The position numbers and the translations under genes are program-made. The notes below the pieces were generated by a model that saw only the letters and a list, made by a program, of their open reading frames with translations, had not been told where the DNA came from and made no database searches. Below are positions 11,767 through 23,004 of a DNA stretch of 64,000 nt, in pieces (position 1 is the stretch's first letter; each line of letters begins with the position of its first letter). The DNA comes from Botryllus schlosseri (lineage: Eukaryota). Location: positions 6,820,001 through 6,884,000 of the forward strand of contig CM119383.1 of NCBI GenBank assembly GCA_051294905.1, written 5' to 3'.

Positions 11767-12485
11767 CAAAGAAAGGTGGTGGAGAATGTAATAATAACGT
11801 GTAACGATTCCGACGACACATTTGGGTATGATCACAACAATTATGGGGCCCAAAATTGACAAACAATTTTTTTAATGAAAATATAACGACACGTTTGTTC
11901 CTTTCTATCTAGAAGCTCATCTTGAAGTTATTATGGAAAAATGATTAAATAGGCCTAAATCACAGTTGAAGAAGGATTTTTGTGAAAATTTCGAAGTCAC
12001 TGTGATTGACTTTACTAGTCCAACTATTTATTTGCACACAATACCCAACATAACCTCTATAAAGCAAAATATTTGTATCAGTTGGCTATTGGCAATTTAG
12101 TAACTAAAATGAGTCTTCACGGCAAGATATTTCATCTCAGACGGCCATTCTGTTGATGTGAGTTCTACTAGTCATGAAGCAAAACTGGTTCGTGATTTTC
12201 CTAATTTAAAAAATACAAATTAGATAATCAACTATTTTGTAAATTTGCAGTTGCAATTACAGTGCATTCTCGTTATCGTGTGTTGGCCTAAACTTCATAT
12301 ATTTTGGTGAGTCGTGATGCGGAAATGGCTGACGCCGAAATGGCCAATTCAAAAACCATTGATCTCTAAATCGCGCCTATTTGAAAGAAGTTGCATAAAT
12401 TTCCAGAAAAATACTCTATAATTCGAGCTCGCCTCCCAATTGGGGGGTTTGGGGTGCGGCAGTTACGGTCCTGGGGATACTATAA

Positions 12486-12718
12486 TAGCGTTACCATACG
12501 TCCTCTTAGGATTTGTTCTCTTTTTTGACTTTTTTGAAAGTGTCCTCGGAGGACGTCCTTTTGTCCTCTTTTTTGAAAATTTAGGTCAGATTTAGAGCAA
12601 ACTCCGATCACAAAGTGGGAAAAATTCACCGGTTTTTGAGAATTCTCCTCCGGTTTTGCAAGTCTCAAATTTCTGAAAAAGTGTCCTCTTTTTAGATTTC
12701 CAAAATATGGTAAGCCTA
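12486..12718 (+). mobile_element. Internally deleted hAT MITE (TAGG..TTACCATA family)
   Basis: Ends TAGCGTTACCATA ... TATGGTAAGCCTA; TSD TACTATAA (12478-12485, 12719-12726); collinear with both ends of 16468-16917. Confidence 0.9.
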
Positions 12719-13169
12719 TACTATAAAGCTTATTGTCTTGATAGCTGGTTTCCCAGACGTGTGCAGCTTGTCGAAATGGCCTTGCTGTTGAGCTAAGCTT
12801 ACAGTTATTCCGAAATTCGACGTCTCTTGATCGAGTGTATGTCTTCGTGTTTTTGTCATAGAACCGATTTAAAATATATTCTTTAAACACGGTGACTTTC
12901 TCGGCACTAACTCATAAAAAGAAGGGTGGTAAACATTAAACAAATATTTAGTCCTCCGAACCATCTTTGAATTTAAACTTTCGAATTTATTTTTTTGACA
13001 TCCTTTATGGGTGGTGATATACTCATAAAAATCATCACGGGCACTGTTTGACTTCTTTTAAGAATTAGGGATTTGGAAACGCATCACGTAACAATTTGAA
13101 ACAAAGACCGTGTAATGCGTAATGTAACAATGGCAACAAAGAAGGTTTGGTGACTTTAATTGTAATGAC

Positions 13170-14031
13170 TAGGGCGGTTTTTTTTGACATGTCAAAATTT
13201 TGTCAAAATTGTAGCGTTAGGTCAAAGTTTGTCAAAATTTTTCATGAAGTCAAAAAATTTTTGGCGTCTGCATTTTGTTTGTATCGTAGATTTTGCACTG
13301 TCGTGGAACTTATGATTTAATATTTTACCGCTGTTAGCCTATTTTATAGGCCTACCGTTGTAAACGGCTAATCGTCTGCTCATTGTGAATCATAAACGCG
13401 GTCAAATAAAACAAATAATAGGTAGACATGGTGTTATGGTCAACGTACCGCAATATCCTAACTGAAGAAACTTCTTGTGCATTGCATCATTCTTATATTA
13501 AGAAGCGCATGATGAAAAACTGTGATGTAGACAACATTGTCAGAATGAAGCAACACGGTGTGTCACCAGCACCAGCAGTGTACGCACAACTTGAGTGTTG
13601 TCAGCCAACAACTGCTGCTGTTGAACGTCCTTGGCAAGCTTCTTAGTAAGGACGTGCACTTTCTACCCAATAATGTAGGAAAGTATCTCTCGTTGTACTA
13701 CAAAATATTTTAATTATTTCTACCATAATACATATTGTAACCACTGGAATTCTTCATAGGGTCAGATTTCGTTAAAAAATTGTTTTTTTTTTCATGTAAA
13801 AAGTTGCCTGTTTCTAAGCCAAAAACGCTTGTCCAGGCCAAACTACTTCGTTAGGACAGTCAGATCCAACCAGGAATGAAGATAAGTGGTACAATTTTAA
13901 CATTATGTGGGAAAACACCTAATTTGCATACGTTAGGTCAAAATTCAGTTTTTTTAGGTAAAAAAAAAGTCAAAATTTGGATTTTTCAGGTCAAAATTTT
14001 CTTTATTTTAGGTCAAAAAAAAAACGCCCTA
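13170..14031 (+). mobile_element. Non-autonomous hAT element retaining a transposase C-terminal remnant
   Basis: TIRs TAGGGCG(G/T)TTTTTTT; TSD GTAATGAC (13162-13169, 14032-14039); GTCAAAA subterminal repeats. Internal + strand peptide VYAQLECCQPTTAAVER / LGKLLSKDVHFLPNNVGKYLSLYY resembles the hAT dimerisation region (PxTSAxVERSFS..KxLL). Confidence 0.88.
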
Positions 14032-14388
14032 GTAATGACATAATTTCCTACATTGACTTTACTTTGAATCTGGATTAGGCATGTGGGGCACGTATGTAAG
14101 ATGCGTATTTGCGGCATGTTAATGAACAGGCTTGATGGTAAATTTTTGGTTCAGCTTATACATTCTATGGTTATAGTCCACGCAGCAACATTAAAAAGTA
14201 GGTTTTATATTTTCAATTTCAAACCTTTCGCGGGCCGCACAGAAAAGCTCCACGGACCGCACTTTGCCCAGGCCTGCCTTATAGTCATCACTGTGACCCA
14301 CACCCGTCTTACCCGATTTTTTGCGAAAGTCTTACGTTCCCAGTATCGAGGTCAAGTTTTTTATCGAATATTAATACGTTGTCTAGAA

Positions 14389-16301
14389 CAGTGGTTCTCA
14401 ACCGCCGGTCCGCGGACCGGTGCCGGTCCGCGACGACATTCCTGCCGGTCCGCCGAGTATATTACAATTTTATATCTTAAATTCAAGATGCAATGTAAAA
14501 GGCTTTTCCATTGATAAAATAACTAAAACATCAAGTTTTAAACTGATTCAGAACTTTGTGAGGTAACATTCCGGCTGGAAACATGTTCGATTTGACTTAA
14601 AGTTCCAGACGTGTCATTTGACGACATCCGAGCGACATAAGTATAGACCCAGTACGAGTTGACTCATCGCTAAACAGCGCAGTTTGCGCGAGCATTCATC
14701 TTCAATTCATTCATTTTGTGCAGGACCGTAGCCGGGGCACCCAAAACCGCCCAATCGGAGAAGGGCTGAGCTTGAAAATAGCCCGGAATTATTTTGTAAA
14801 TGAACATCAGGGTTGTAACCAAGTCACAAGGTTCCGAGTCGCAAGTCAATCTCACTTTTATAGTTTTGACTCGAGTCAAGTCGAGTCATTTTCAATTCAC
14901 CACCGAGTAGAGTCCGAGTCTAAGTCACTGAGTAGACTGCCGAGTCCGAGTCATCGTGTTTTGACTCAAGTCCGAGTCCAAGTCATTGTGTGGACTGTTC
15001 AGTTTCGAGTTAATGTCATGTGAAACCCACTTTTCACAATTCTACTCGGTGATATTGAATGCTTCTCATTCATAATGCCGTATCCTCATTTCTCTCATTT
15101 TCAACAGTTTCTGGTAGCATTTTCAAGTACCGGTACTGATAGACGAAATAATATCAGTGTGATAACTTTACTCTTCTTCGAAATTACAATGAAATGCCTG
15201 TCTTGGTAGACCCAGTCTTGAGTCATATTACTAGGTCCGAGTCGTACGCAATGACTCGAGTTCAGGTCGAGTCGAGTCGAGTTGAGTCATTTTTCATTTG
15301 AAAAAAAAAATGACTCTCGAGAGTCATTACAACCCTGATGAACATAAATCATAGCGTATTTTTTTGAAACTTTTTCCAACATTTTTCAATTTCTTTTCGT
15401 GCTTTGCACAATTTAGTGTCACTAAATGTCTTGCTTATTAGGTACCCTTCTCCGAGAAATACGCATGATTTATAGAAACAGGCATTTGGGGGTCAGCCAT
15501 TACCGCGCCACGACGTACCAACACATAATAATGAAGATTAGGCTAACATCTACGAAAGGCGTGCCAAAAATTTGGCGGCGAGAAAACCGATTGAGTCATG
15601 AATGATGGAAAATTTTCGCTATTGGTGCGACTAAGCTACTCAAACTCTTTGCATACACTGAGTACAACGAATGTCTTCACAAGTACAGGTGAAATATCCA
15701 CCCAACGGTAGGGAAGTTTGGCTTATCGCCATGAGGAGACCAAGACCAACGCTTTTTCGGCAGGTAGCCTGCGGCCGGCCTAGTTGCTGTAAGGTGTTTT
15801 CTGGCGTCACGCATTGTATTTGTAGTTGCCAGAGTAGTCTATGCGTCTGGTGGCAGTGGGCAAGGAGCAAGGTAGCACGACAAGGTGCTTGGTGCGACTC
15901 CGAAACGCTTCTTGTCTCGATATTGTCAAAGAGAAGAATATAATTCGAGTTGGCGTGGTCGGGTAAGCCCACAGACTTCGATGCGAACGACTGTAAACGA
16001 CTCTGGACGGTAGCACGTTTATCTGGACAAGGGCATTTTACATCGACTCAGCAGACTGACTACCATAAAATCACATGGATGGTATCATTATCGAATGTGA
16101 CTAGTCACATTCGATAGTATCATGAAGATAATTATTTACGATCAAAACCTTCTAAATGTCACTCTCTAGCACCATATAATTGCAAAAAACGGTTGCATGC
16201 TTTACATTTTGGCTTCATTTCAATTTTGAAAGTTCACCGGTCCGCCAGACATTTTTTGAAATTTTGCCGGTCCGCGAGGTGAAAAAGGTTGAGAACCACT
16301 G
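14389..16301. mobile_element. Non-autonomous hAT (Buster/Charlie-type) element, 1.9 kb, with a nested insertion
   Basis: TIRs CAGTGGTTCTCAACC ... GGTTGAGAACCACTG; GCCGGTCCGCG subterminal repeats at both ends; perfect TSD GTCTAGAA (14381-14388, 16302-16309). Confidence 0.9.
14808..15337. mobile_element. hAT MITE of the CAGGGTTGTAA / GACTCGAGTC family, nested in 14389-16301
   Basis: TIRs CAGGGTTGTAA ... TTACAACCCTG; TSD ATGAACAT (14800-14807, 15338-15345); dense CGAGTC repeats; related copies at ~42340-42698 and 50665-51181. Confidence 0.92.
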
Positions 16302-16467
16302 GTCTAGAACAAATTCTCAAAAAAGAGGACATTTAGAAGTCCTCCGGGGACACTTTCAATTTAGTGAAGAGGACGTATGGTAACCCTAGTAGTAATTCCT
16401 TACTTAGCCTGGTGTGAAGAATGTGTGAAGGAGTTTTAGTTATCCCTGCTGGCGCATGCTTCTACTC

Positions 16468-16917
16468 TAGGCTTACCATACGTCCTCTTTTAAGAGGATT
16501 TGTCCTCTTTTTTGACTTTTTTGAAAGTGTCCTCGGAGGACGCCCTTTTGTCCTCTTTTTTGAGATTTTGTCCTCATTTTTGAAAATTTAGGTCAGATTT
16601 AGAGTAAATTGCGAGTGATATGCCGCAAATTAGCACAGAAATGAAGCTCCGGCGGGTATTTCGGAGTGAAAAACGGTGATTTTAGCTCTGAGCGAAAAGA
16701 TGACCTTTTTTTTTTTTTTTTTTAGTCATCCACCTGGCAATGTGGAGAGAAAAACGGTATTTTGAGATCTGAGCGGGAAAGATGACCTTTTTTTTTAGTC
16801 AACCGATCACAAAGTGGGAAAAATTAACCGGTTTTTGAGAATTCTACTCCGGTTTTGCAAGTTGCAAATTTCTGAAAAAGTGTCCTCTTTTTAGATTTCC
16901 AAAATATGGTAAGCCTA
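16468..16917 (+). mobile_element. hAT MITE, full-length copy of the TAGGCTTACCATA family
   Basis: 13-bp TIRs TAGGCTTACCATA ... TATGGTAAGCCTA; perfect TSD TTCTACTC (16460-16467, 16918-16925); GTCCTCTTTTT subterminal repeats. A further fragment of the family lies at ~16310-16388. Confidence 0.93.
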
Positions 16918-18024
16918 TTCTACTCGGGCGGATCATACAGATCACCGCCCAATCACATTCCGTTGAAGTTCAGAAGTATATTTCGAGAAATCTGCAAGCA
17001 TCCCGCAAAAAGAGCATTTACAAGCAACTGCAATCCATAGATTGTTAATAAATACTCACCACAGAACAAAACCTAAACACCCACAAAACATTCGAGTCGA
17101 CCAGAGAAAACATCAATGTAGTATCCTTACCGAGAAACGAATTGGCACTTTCTACCAAAATAGGCAGGACATATTTACAATTGCGCAACCTTACGGGACT
17201 GCAGTGGACAACGTTAGAATGACAAGCAAAGCATACATATCGTGAAGGACACTCTTCAGATACCGAAGGTGCAGGCGTTCAATATCATCACTCGGATCGA
17301 ACTACGATCTATGTGGCTGTAAACATGAGCCACGCTTGCAAGCGAACAAAGCAAAACAAGCATCCCATTCCAGCAAAACTTCGCACTAAACAAAACTGAT
17401 TCTTCAATAATAACCGCATATTATTACATTAGAATATCGACAGGTCCTTCAGATCTCGCACAAATACCTACGCAAGAGGCGACAACACAAAGATATAACC
17501 TGCGGACCAGAGGGTAAAAGAATGTTAAAATTAGGAGTATGACAACAATAAAATAAGGACGATCGTCTCCCCCGTCAAAGGAGGACGGGTGTTAACATGG
17601 TTCCCGGCCAGACAGCCCAGTAAAATCGAGAGAAGAATATATAGAACATATCCCACCCGTTAATGTAACACTGAGTGGGCCACACAAAAAACTATTTTCC
17701 TGCCTGTAAACCCGGTACAACTTTCCGCCGGTCTAGCAGCTCATAAACGTCAGAGTTAGTCTAAATAAGTGTAAGAAAAGTCATGTATCAGGGTATATCA
17801 ATTGCAACGCTCGATCGCCTAGTATGCCGGATTAGGGCCTTTAAAACGGTAGGCAAAAATAGGAACGAAAGCAGACCGTGCATTCGAAAATACGTCGGAT
17901 ATACACCCGATCAAGCACAATATTATTGTAGATCTCAATTGAGTTCCGAGATTCCGTTCCGGTTAAGTGTCTCCGACTCTTCGTCGGGCGGCGGAAATTC
18001 GTGCGTCGCACCCTGGGCTCGCCC

Positions 18025-21000
18025 CTAGTCGATCAGCTTGAGAACTTTGCCGATGGCGATGGTCCTGCCCTCGTCGCGGAGCGTGAATCGGCCCATTTGC
18101 GGAAATTTCTTGAAAGTCTCCACGCAAATCGAGCCCGTCGTCTGCAGGCGCGCGATCACCGTTTGATCCTGAAACAGAGAATCATTTCGTGGACCGATGA
18201 GATGGAAATACGTGTAAATGTGCGGTACAAAATAATGCTTGATCGACATATAGATAATTCCAGCTTTCTAATCAAGACTTAATGGTCTGAAATGCCCTCT
18301 GTAGTCCAATGTCCGGTGTTCCTGAAAATGCTACAGGAGAATTGGACAGTGCAAAACGTGCCAAGTTCGGGGTACATACGATTTCTATTCTCATGCTTAT
18401 CAGGGTCACCTCGGATTTGATATGTACCGAACTTGATTTTTCTTTGTATGTCTTTCCTACACAGAATTTAATTCCTATCTTTCCAAATTCAATAATACTA
18501 ATTCATTATTATAGTTTCAGTTTAGTCCACTGGTTCTTAAACTGGGGGAAAGAAACATCTGAAGGGGGGCGCGAAACTGCGGTTAACTGAAAAAATATTT
18601 CATTCATCATTTGCATCCAATTCATGCTTGTTACTATGTGTATAGTCAGAATTTCATATTTAAGAATTCTCTCATCCATCAAACTATCCGTTGGGATTGC
18701 CAGCGTTCTGGTTGCATTTTGTCATATGGCGATAGGGTGGGGCTGGGGGTGCGACATTTTTCACTATCATCAAGGGGGGCATGTCGAAAAAAGTTTGAGA
18801 ACCACTGCTTTAGTTCAACTCCCGTATCAACGATAACCAGAGTACTTGATTGTTCAAACATCATAAAGCCATAGAGTGAGATATGATCTTCATATAATTT
18901 GATGAATATATACGTACAGTACCGTAATACAGTATTTTGGAAGTGATTTTTTTTCAATACAGTACAGAAAGCTACTACATGTTTCGCATCTAAAGTGGAG
19001 AGCGTAACGGTAGCGGAAGCACCGACAACTAGCACCCTAAACAAACCTGCTTAACAAATTTCGGTTTCCCTTTCACTCTCTCTCCAGTCTTTCGGTCGAG
19101 TAAACAAATCAAAGCCTTGATTTCGACTTCTTCTATGCACCTGGATCGAAAGCAGTAATTACAAAAACATCGGTCATCCGTAGCTAGGACACCGGTTTAT
19201 TAGATTTGACATCAAAGGGATATCTGTCAGACAGTACACGAAGACTTACGTATGAATATGAAGTATCGCCGAATACCCAGCGCAAATGATCGACTTGTAT
19301 TCAATGATTGCGATTTGTGCGTCAAAGACGCTGCTGGTCGAGCAGAGACTGTCTGCAGTGCAAAGCACAAAACCCTGAAATTCAACAAGCTCGTAATCGA
19401 ATGCTATTTCCTGTGCGAAAATGTGATGGGAATTCGATATTTGTCGTTATTCCCGGTAAGAGCGATACACTGAAAGTGGCGGGAGATACTGATTATACAT
19501 AACGAAATCAATAGTATAACATGAGGAACTTACAACGAACACCTTTAAACCGATAGGATAGTCAGACCGTGTAAAGTGAAACCAAAAAGATTACTGAGGA
19601 CCAGATAAATACATAGTGTGCACTGCGTAGTGACCTACAAAAACGACCAAACGTCATTCAAAAGTAAAACTTTGCTGCATCAGCAGCAGGCACTGTTAAA
19701 TGCCTGACCGACTACCTGACCATTAACTAAAATCACAGTTTCATTACAAATGAATCTGACGAGTGCAAGCGAGTATCGAGCTTAGGATTTTCTTGGGCTG
19801 TACAGTCAAGGCAAAGGCTGACATGTACAAAAAACCAATACACCGATTCACACATACATGTCATATCGTGTCGACTTATGCTTCATTTAATGATCAATAT
19901 TTGCTGGTATACACCACACTGTCCATTGTCTACACACACTTTCGCATCTATATTATATCACAACGAAGAGAAACTGGATCAATTACCTTTGACACTTCCT
20001 CTTCTTCGACATTATCGAGCCTTAGTTTTACATTCTCTCCTGCGATTGCACGGTCCGTGTCCACATCATCCGACCAGATGCTCAACACTGAAAGCACAGC
20101 ATATTGCAGTCGAGAAGGTAACGAGAACAGTTAACATGCGATACCTTTCACTTTGCGTTTGTTCGGCTGCATGATCAAATGCATCGCCTTCGATATGGAG
20201 CCCGATTCCAATTTTCCTAACACAATGGTGCCCATGTCCTTATACTTGTCCACGATCGGTAGCCTGACCGGTCCGTCCCCTGTCCGCTTCATAGAAGGCA
20301 GTTGGTCGAGATACGGGATGAGCGGCAGACCCTCGTACCAGCCCTTGTGGTGGTCGTCGGACTTCATCAGGTTGGCGCCTAGAAAACCAAAGCGCCGACG
20401 TTACAAACCTTCAAAAAAGTTCTACAACAATACCGTCTGAATATAATCATATAAAACAAGTCCAAAACTACCAAGACCGCCATATAACGAGAATTTCAAT
20501 CATGAAGTGTCAATAATTATAAGCTATCTACTTATTATCAACATCTTATAAGTCGGATAAATCGATATGCTTTGGTAACCACAGCGCCTTGAAAATGACA
20601 GAACAAAATTGTTGACATGCACTGTCACCTGACCATCGGTTAGTTGACTAGGTCTACAGAAAATAACGAAAGCCGTGTATACGATTTCTCGACGCCCATG
20701 CTTCAGTGAACGAAACATCGACCGTCCCAGAAAAATACTCTTCAACCGTTCTTGCTATTCAGTGAACAGTGTTCATAGGAATAGAATGTTACATATTTTA
20801 GCTCTTGATGTTTTTGTATTATATCCTAACTAGTGCTAACAGCAACAAATTGGCACCCATTAGGAGGTGGGTACTCAAAGTAGAATTATAAGTGACATCG
20901 TAAATGTTTACTCAAGTACAAGTAAAAAAAATCACATATTCTAGGCCTAGTTCAACTGAAAACTTTTGAGCAGAAGTAGTAGCCTGAAATTATAACCATC

Positions 21001-22097
21001 AGTGAAAAGTGCAACTAGGCAAAACCTACTTGAGTACTCCGGAAGATAGGAGTTCTTAGCAATTGATCACCTCAACCAATTATTGAAATTACACATTGCT
21101 TACCAGTCAGTCCAGAACAAGGCATGTAATGAATATCGGTCTTTGGATTGAATCCAATCTTCTTCAAAAACGGCGTAAGCTTCTCCTTACACTCCTCGTA
21201 CCTTTTCAAGCTCCAGCCCACAGTGGAATCGTCCATTTTATTAATCAAAACCACTAAATGCTTGACGCCGGCCGTTTTCGCCAACATCGCGTGCTCCCGC
21301 GTCTGCCCGCCACGCTCAAAACCAGTTTCGAACTCGCCCCGCCGAGCGCTAATCACCAACACCGCTACATCCGCTTGCGAAGCTCCGCCGATCATGTTGG
21401 GCACAAAGCTACGATGCCCGGGCGCGTCCAGTATGGTGAAATGTTTGTTTTCCGTTTCAAAATATGCACGGCCGACTTCCACCGTTTTTCCCTTGTCTCG
21501 TTCTTCTTGGTTGGTATCGACGACCCAAGATAGGTACCATGTTTCGCGGTTCTTTTCTTTGGCTTCACGTTCGTACTTCTCAAGGGTTCGCTTGTCCACC
21601 ATCCCTGTAAGATACATTATCTGACCGCCGATCGTAGATTTCCCGGCGTCTACATGACCGATGAACACTACGTTCAAATGATCTTTTTTCTTCTCGTCTT
21701 CTTCCTCTGGTTCACTCTGCTTGACAGGAGCTCGGACCGGTTGTGGTTTTGTTTCCTTGACAGGCTGTGTAACTACAGGCGCTGCCGTTTCTTCCGAATC
21801 TTTTTCCCAATCATCCTGCTGGCTTGGTTCTTCAACTTCACCGACCTCATCAGGTTGGTCTGATTCTGTTTCCGTGTTATTAACGGGCGTGGCTTCGTTT
21901 TCAACCTCTATCTTTTCAGGGGTTTCCATCGGCATCGCAGTTACTGTTTTTTCAGTTGGCTGGGGGGGTGATGCGGGTTTCTGGAGGAAAGAGGGGACGA
22001 ACTCGGCCGCCTGTACGTTGGGTACGAACGGTTTGGCGTTTATGTTCAGCGTATCTATGTTAGTTTCCCAGGACTCGGGTACACTTGCACCATTCAT
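18025..22097 (-). CDS. GSPT1: Eukaryotic peptide chain release factor GTP-binding subunit eRF3 (563 aa, 6 coding exons)
   Basis: Exons 21104-22097, 20145-20378, 19987-20087, 19250-19374, 19047-19140, 18025-18168; all GT-AG, phases consistent, total 1692 nt. Motifs: PAM2 LNINAKPFVPNVQAAEFVPSF, G1 GHVDAGKST, G3 DAPGH, G4 NKMD, SARRGEFETGFERGGQTREH, C-terminal GRFTLRDEGRTIAIGKV. Confidence 0.97.
18528..18807. mobile_element. hAT MITE, second copy of the 5549-5865 family, in the last eRF3 intron
   Basis: Ends CACTGGTTCTTAAAC ... TTTGAGAACCACTG; internal CATCTGAAGGGGGGCGCGAA and TATCATCAAGGGGGGC shared with 5549-5865; imperfect TSD GTTTAGTC/CTTTAGTT. Confidence 0.8.
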
Positions 22098-22674
22098 ATT
22101 GCGGATTTTGTTGGAGTATTTGTTTATGGCAATAAACTGAGGTAGTAAGTACCAACTATATATTCTGCATCAAAGAATAATAGTATTGTAATATTTCAAA
22201 AGACTTGAGCATGGCTCAAATACTGCTATTTTTGCCTTATTAAAAATTTCAAACTCACATGAACATACATGGACAAAAGGACCTATAACTACATGTTTAT
22301 TGACACATCGCCAAATTACTAGGTACCGGTAACCATACTGGAATCTCAGTACGTTTAGCCTAATATTACATGTGAGCCAGAGTGGAATTGGTGGCAATTG
22401 TCACGCGCAACTTTCCGTTTAATTCCTTAATTATTCTATGGCAGATACCCTTCTGTCACGCGCAACTTATTGCCGAAAACAACCAGTGATTCCAGTCTGG
22501 CATGTGAGCAGCGATGATTCTCCAAATTAAGAAATATAATTTTAAAAAAATAGAAATATAAACATGGTAGTGCGAGGTGTGAGCACAGGTCACCGACTCC
22601 ATACAGGCTCGGTAACAGAGCCATGGTGATTATTGATAGCCGTGAAAGTTCATTGAACGTATTTGCTGCGAAAA

Positions 22675-22860
22675 CCAAGATAGCGTAATGGTGAAGCGTC
22701 CGGCTTCTTGATCGGTAGGTCGTGGGTTCGATCCCCGGCCGGGTCAGACTAAAGACCTGATTAGTAACCCTGGTATCCATGACTTCCCTGCTTGGCGCTC
22801 ATGCATTACTGGGATAGCATGGAGGGGTGGTGCATGACTTCGAAAGCCGTAAACGCTATA
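22675..22860 (+). mobile_element. tRNA-derived SINE (possibly Lys-like head)
   Basis: A box TAGCGTAATGG (22681-22691) and B box GGTTCGATCCC (~22725-22735). The acceptor stem does not pair, and a non-tRNA body follows (GGGTCAGACTAAAGAC...TTCCCTGCTTGGCGCTCA). Confidence 0.75.
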
Positions 22861-23004
22861 TCTGTAAACTTCCTTGTCCAGCGGCATATGCACAATTGCA
22901 CATCATGCACTCATGGTATGCATATGCACAGATAGTGGGTATCAGGGTATGTGTATCATGAGCCGGTGTATATGCCACAAGAAACAGCAAGGAAAAAAAT
23001 ACTA

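Noticed and set aside
12100-12312. Plus-strand splice-like signals (GTGAGT donors, TTTGCAG acceptor)
   Set aside because: No consistent reading frame or recognisable product; could be chance or a non-coding transcript.
12720-12890. RFYDKNTKTYTRSRDVEF resembles the Copia integrase C-terminal YDP.T.K...SRDV.F motif
   Set aside because: A single short motif with no flanking integrase, RT or LTR evidence; the 136-aa ORF is partly MITE sequence.
14808-15337. Repeated GAGTC/CGAGTC units as a CRISPR-like array
   Set aside because: Irregular subterminal repeats inside a TSD-bounded MITE in a eukaryotic genome; no repeat-spacer periodicity or cas genes.
21148-22140. Plus-strand ORFs of 158, 91, 69 and 139 aa
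   Set aside because: Antisense shadows of eRF3 exon 1.
22675-22746. Possible tRNA-Lys gene
   Set aside because: A and B boxes are present but acceptor and T stems do not pair properly and a SINE-type body follows; called a SINE.
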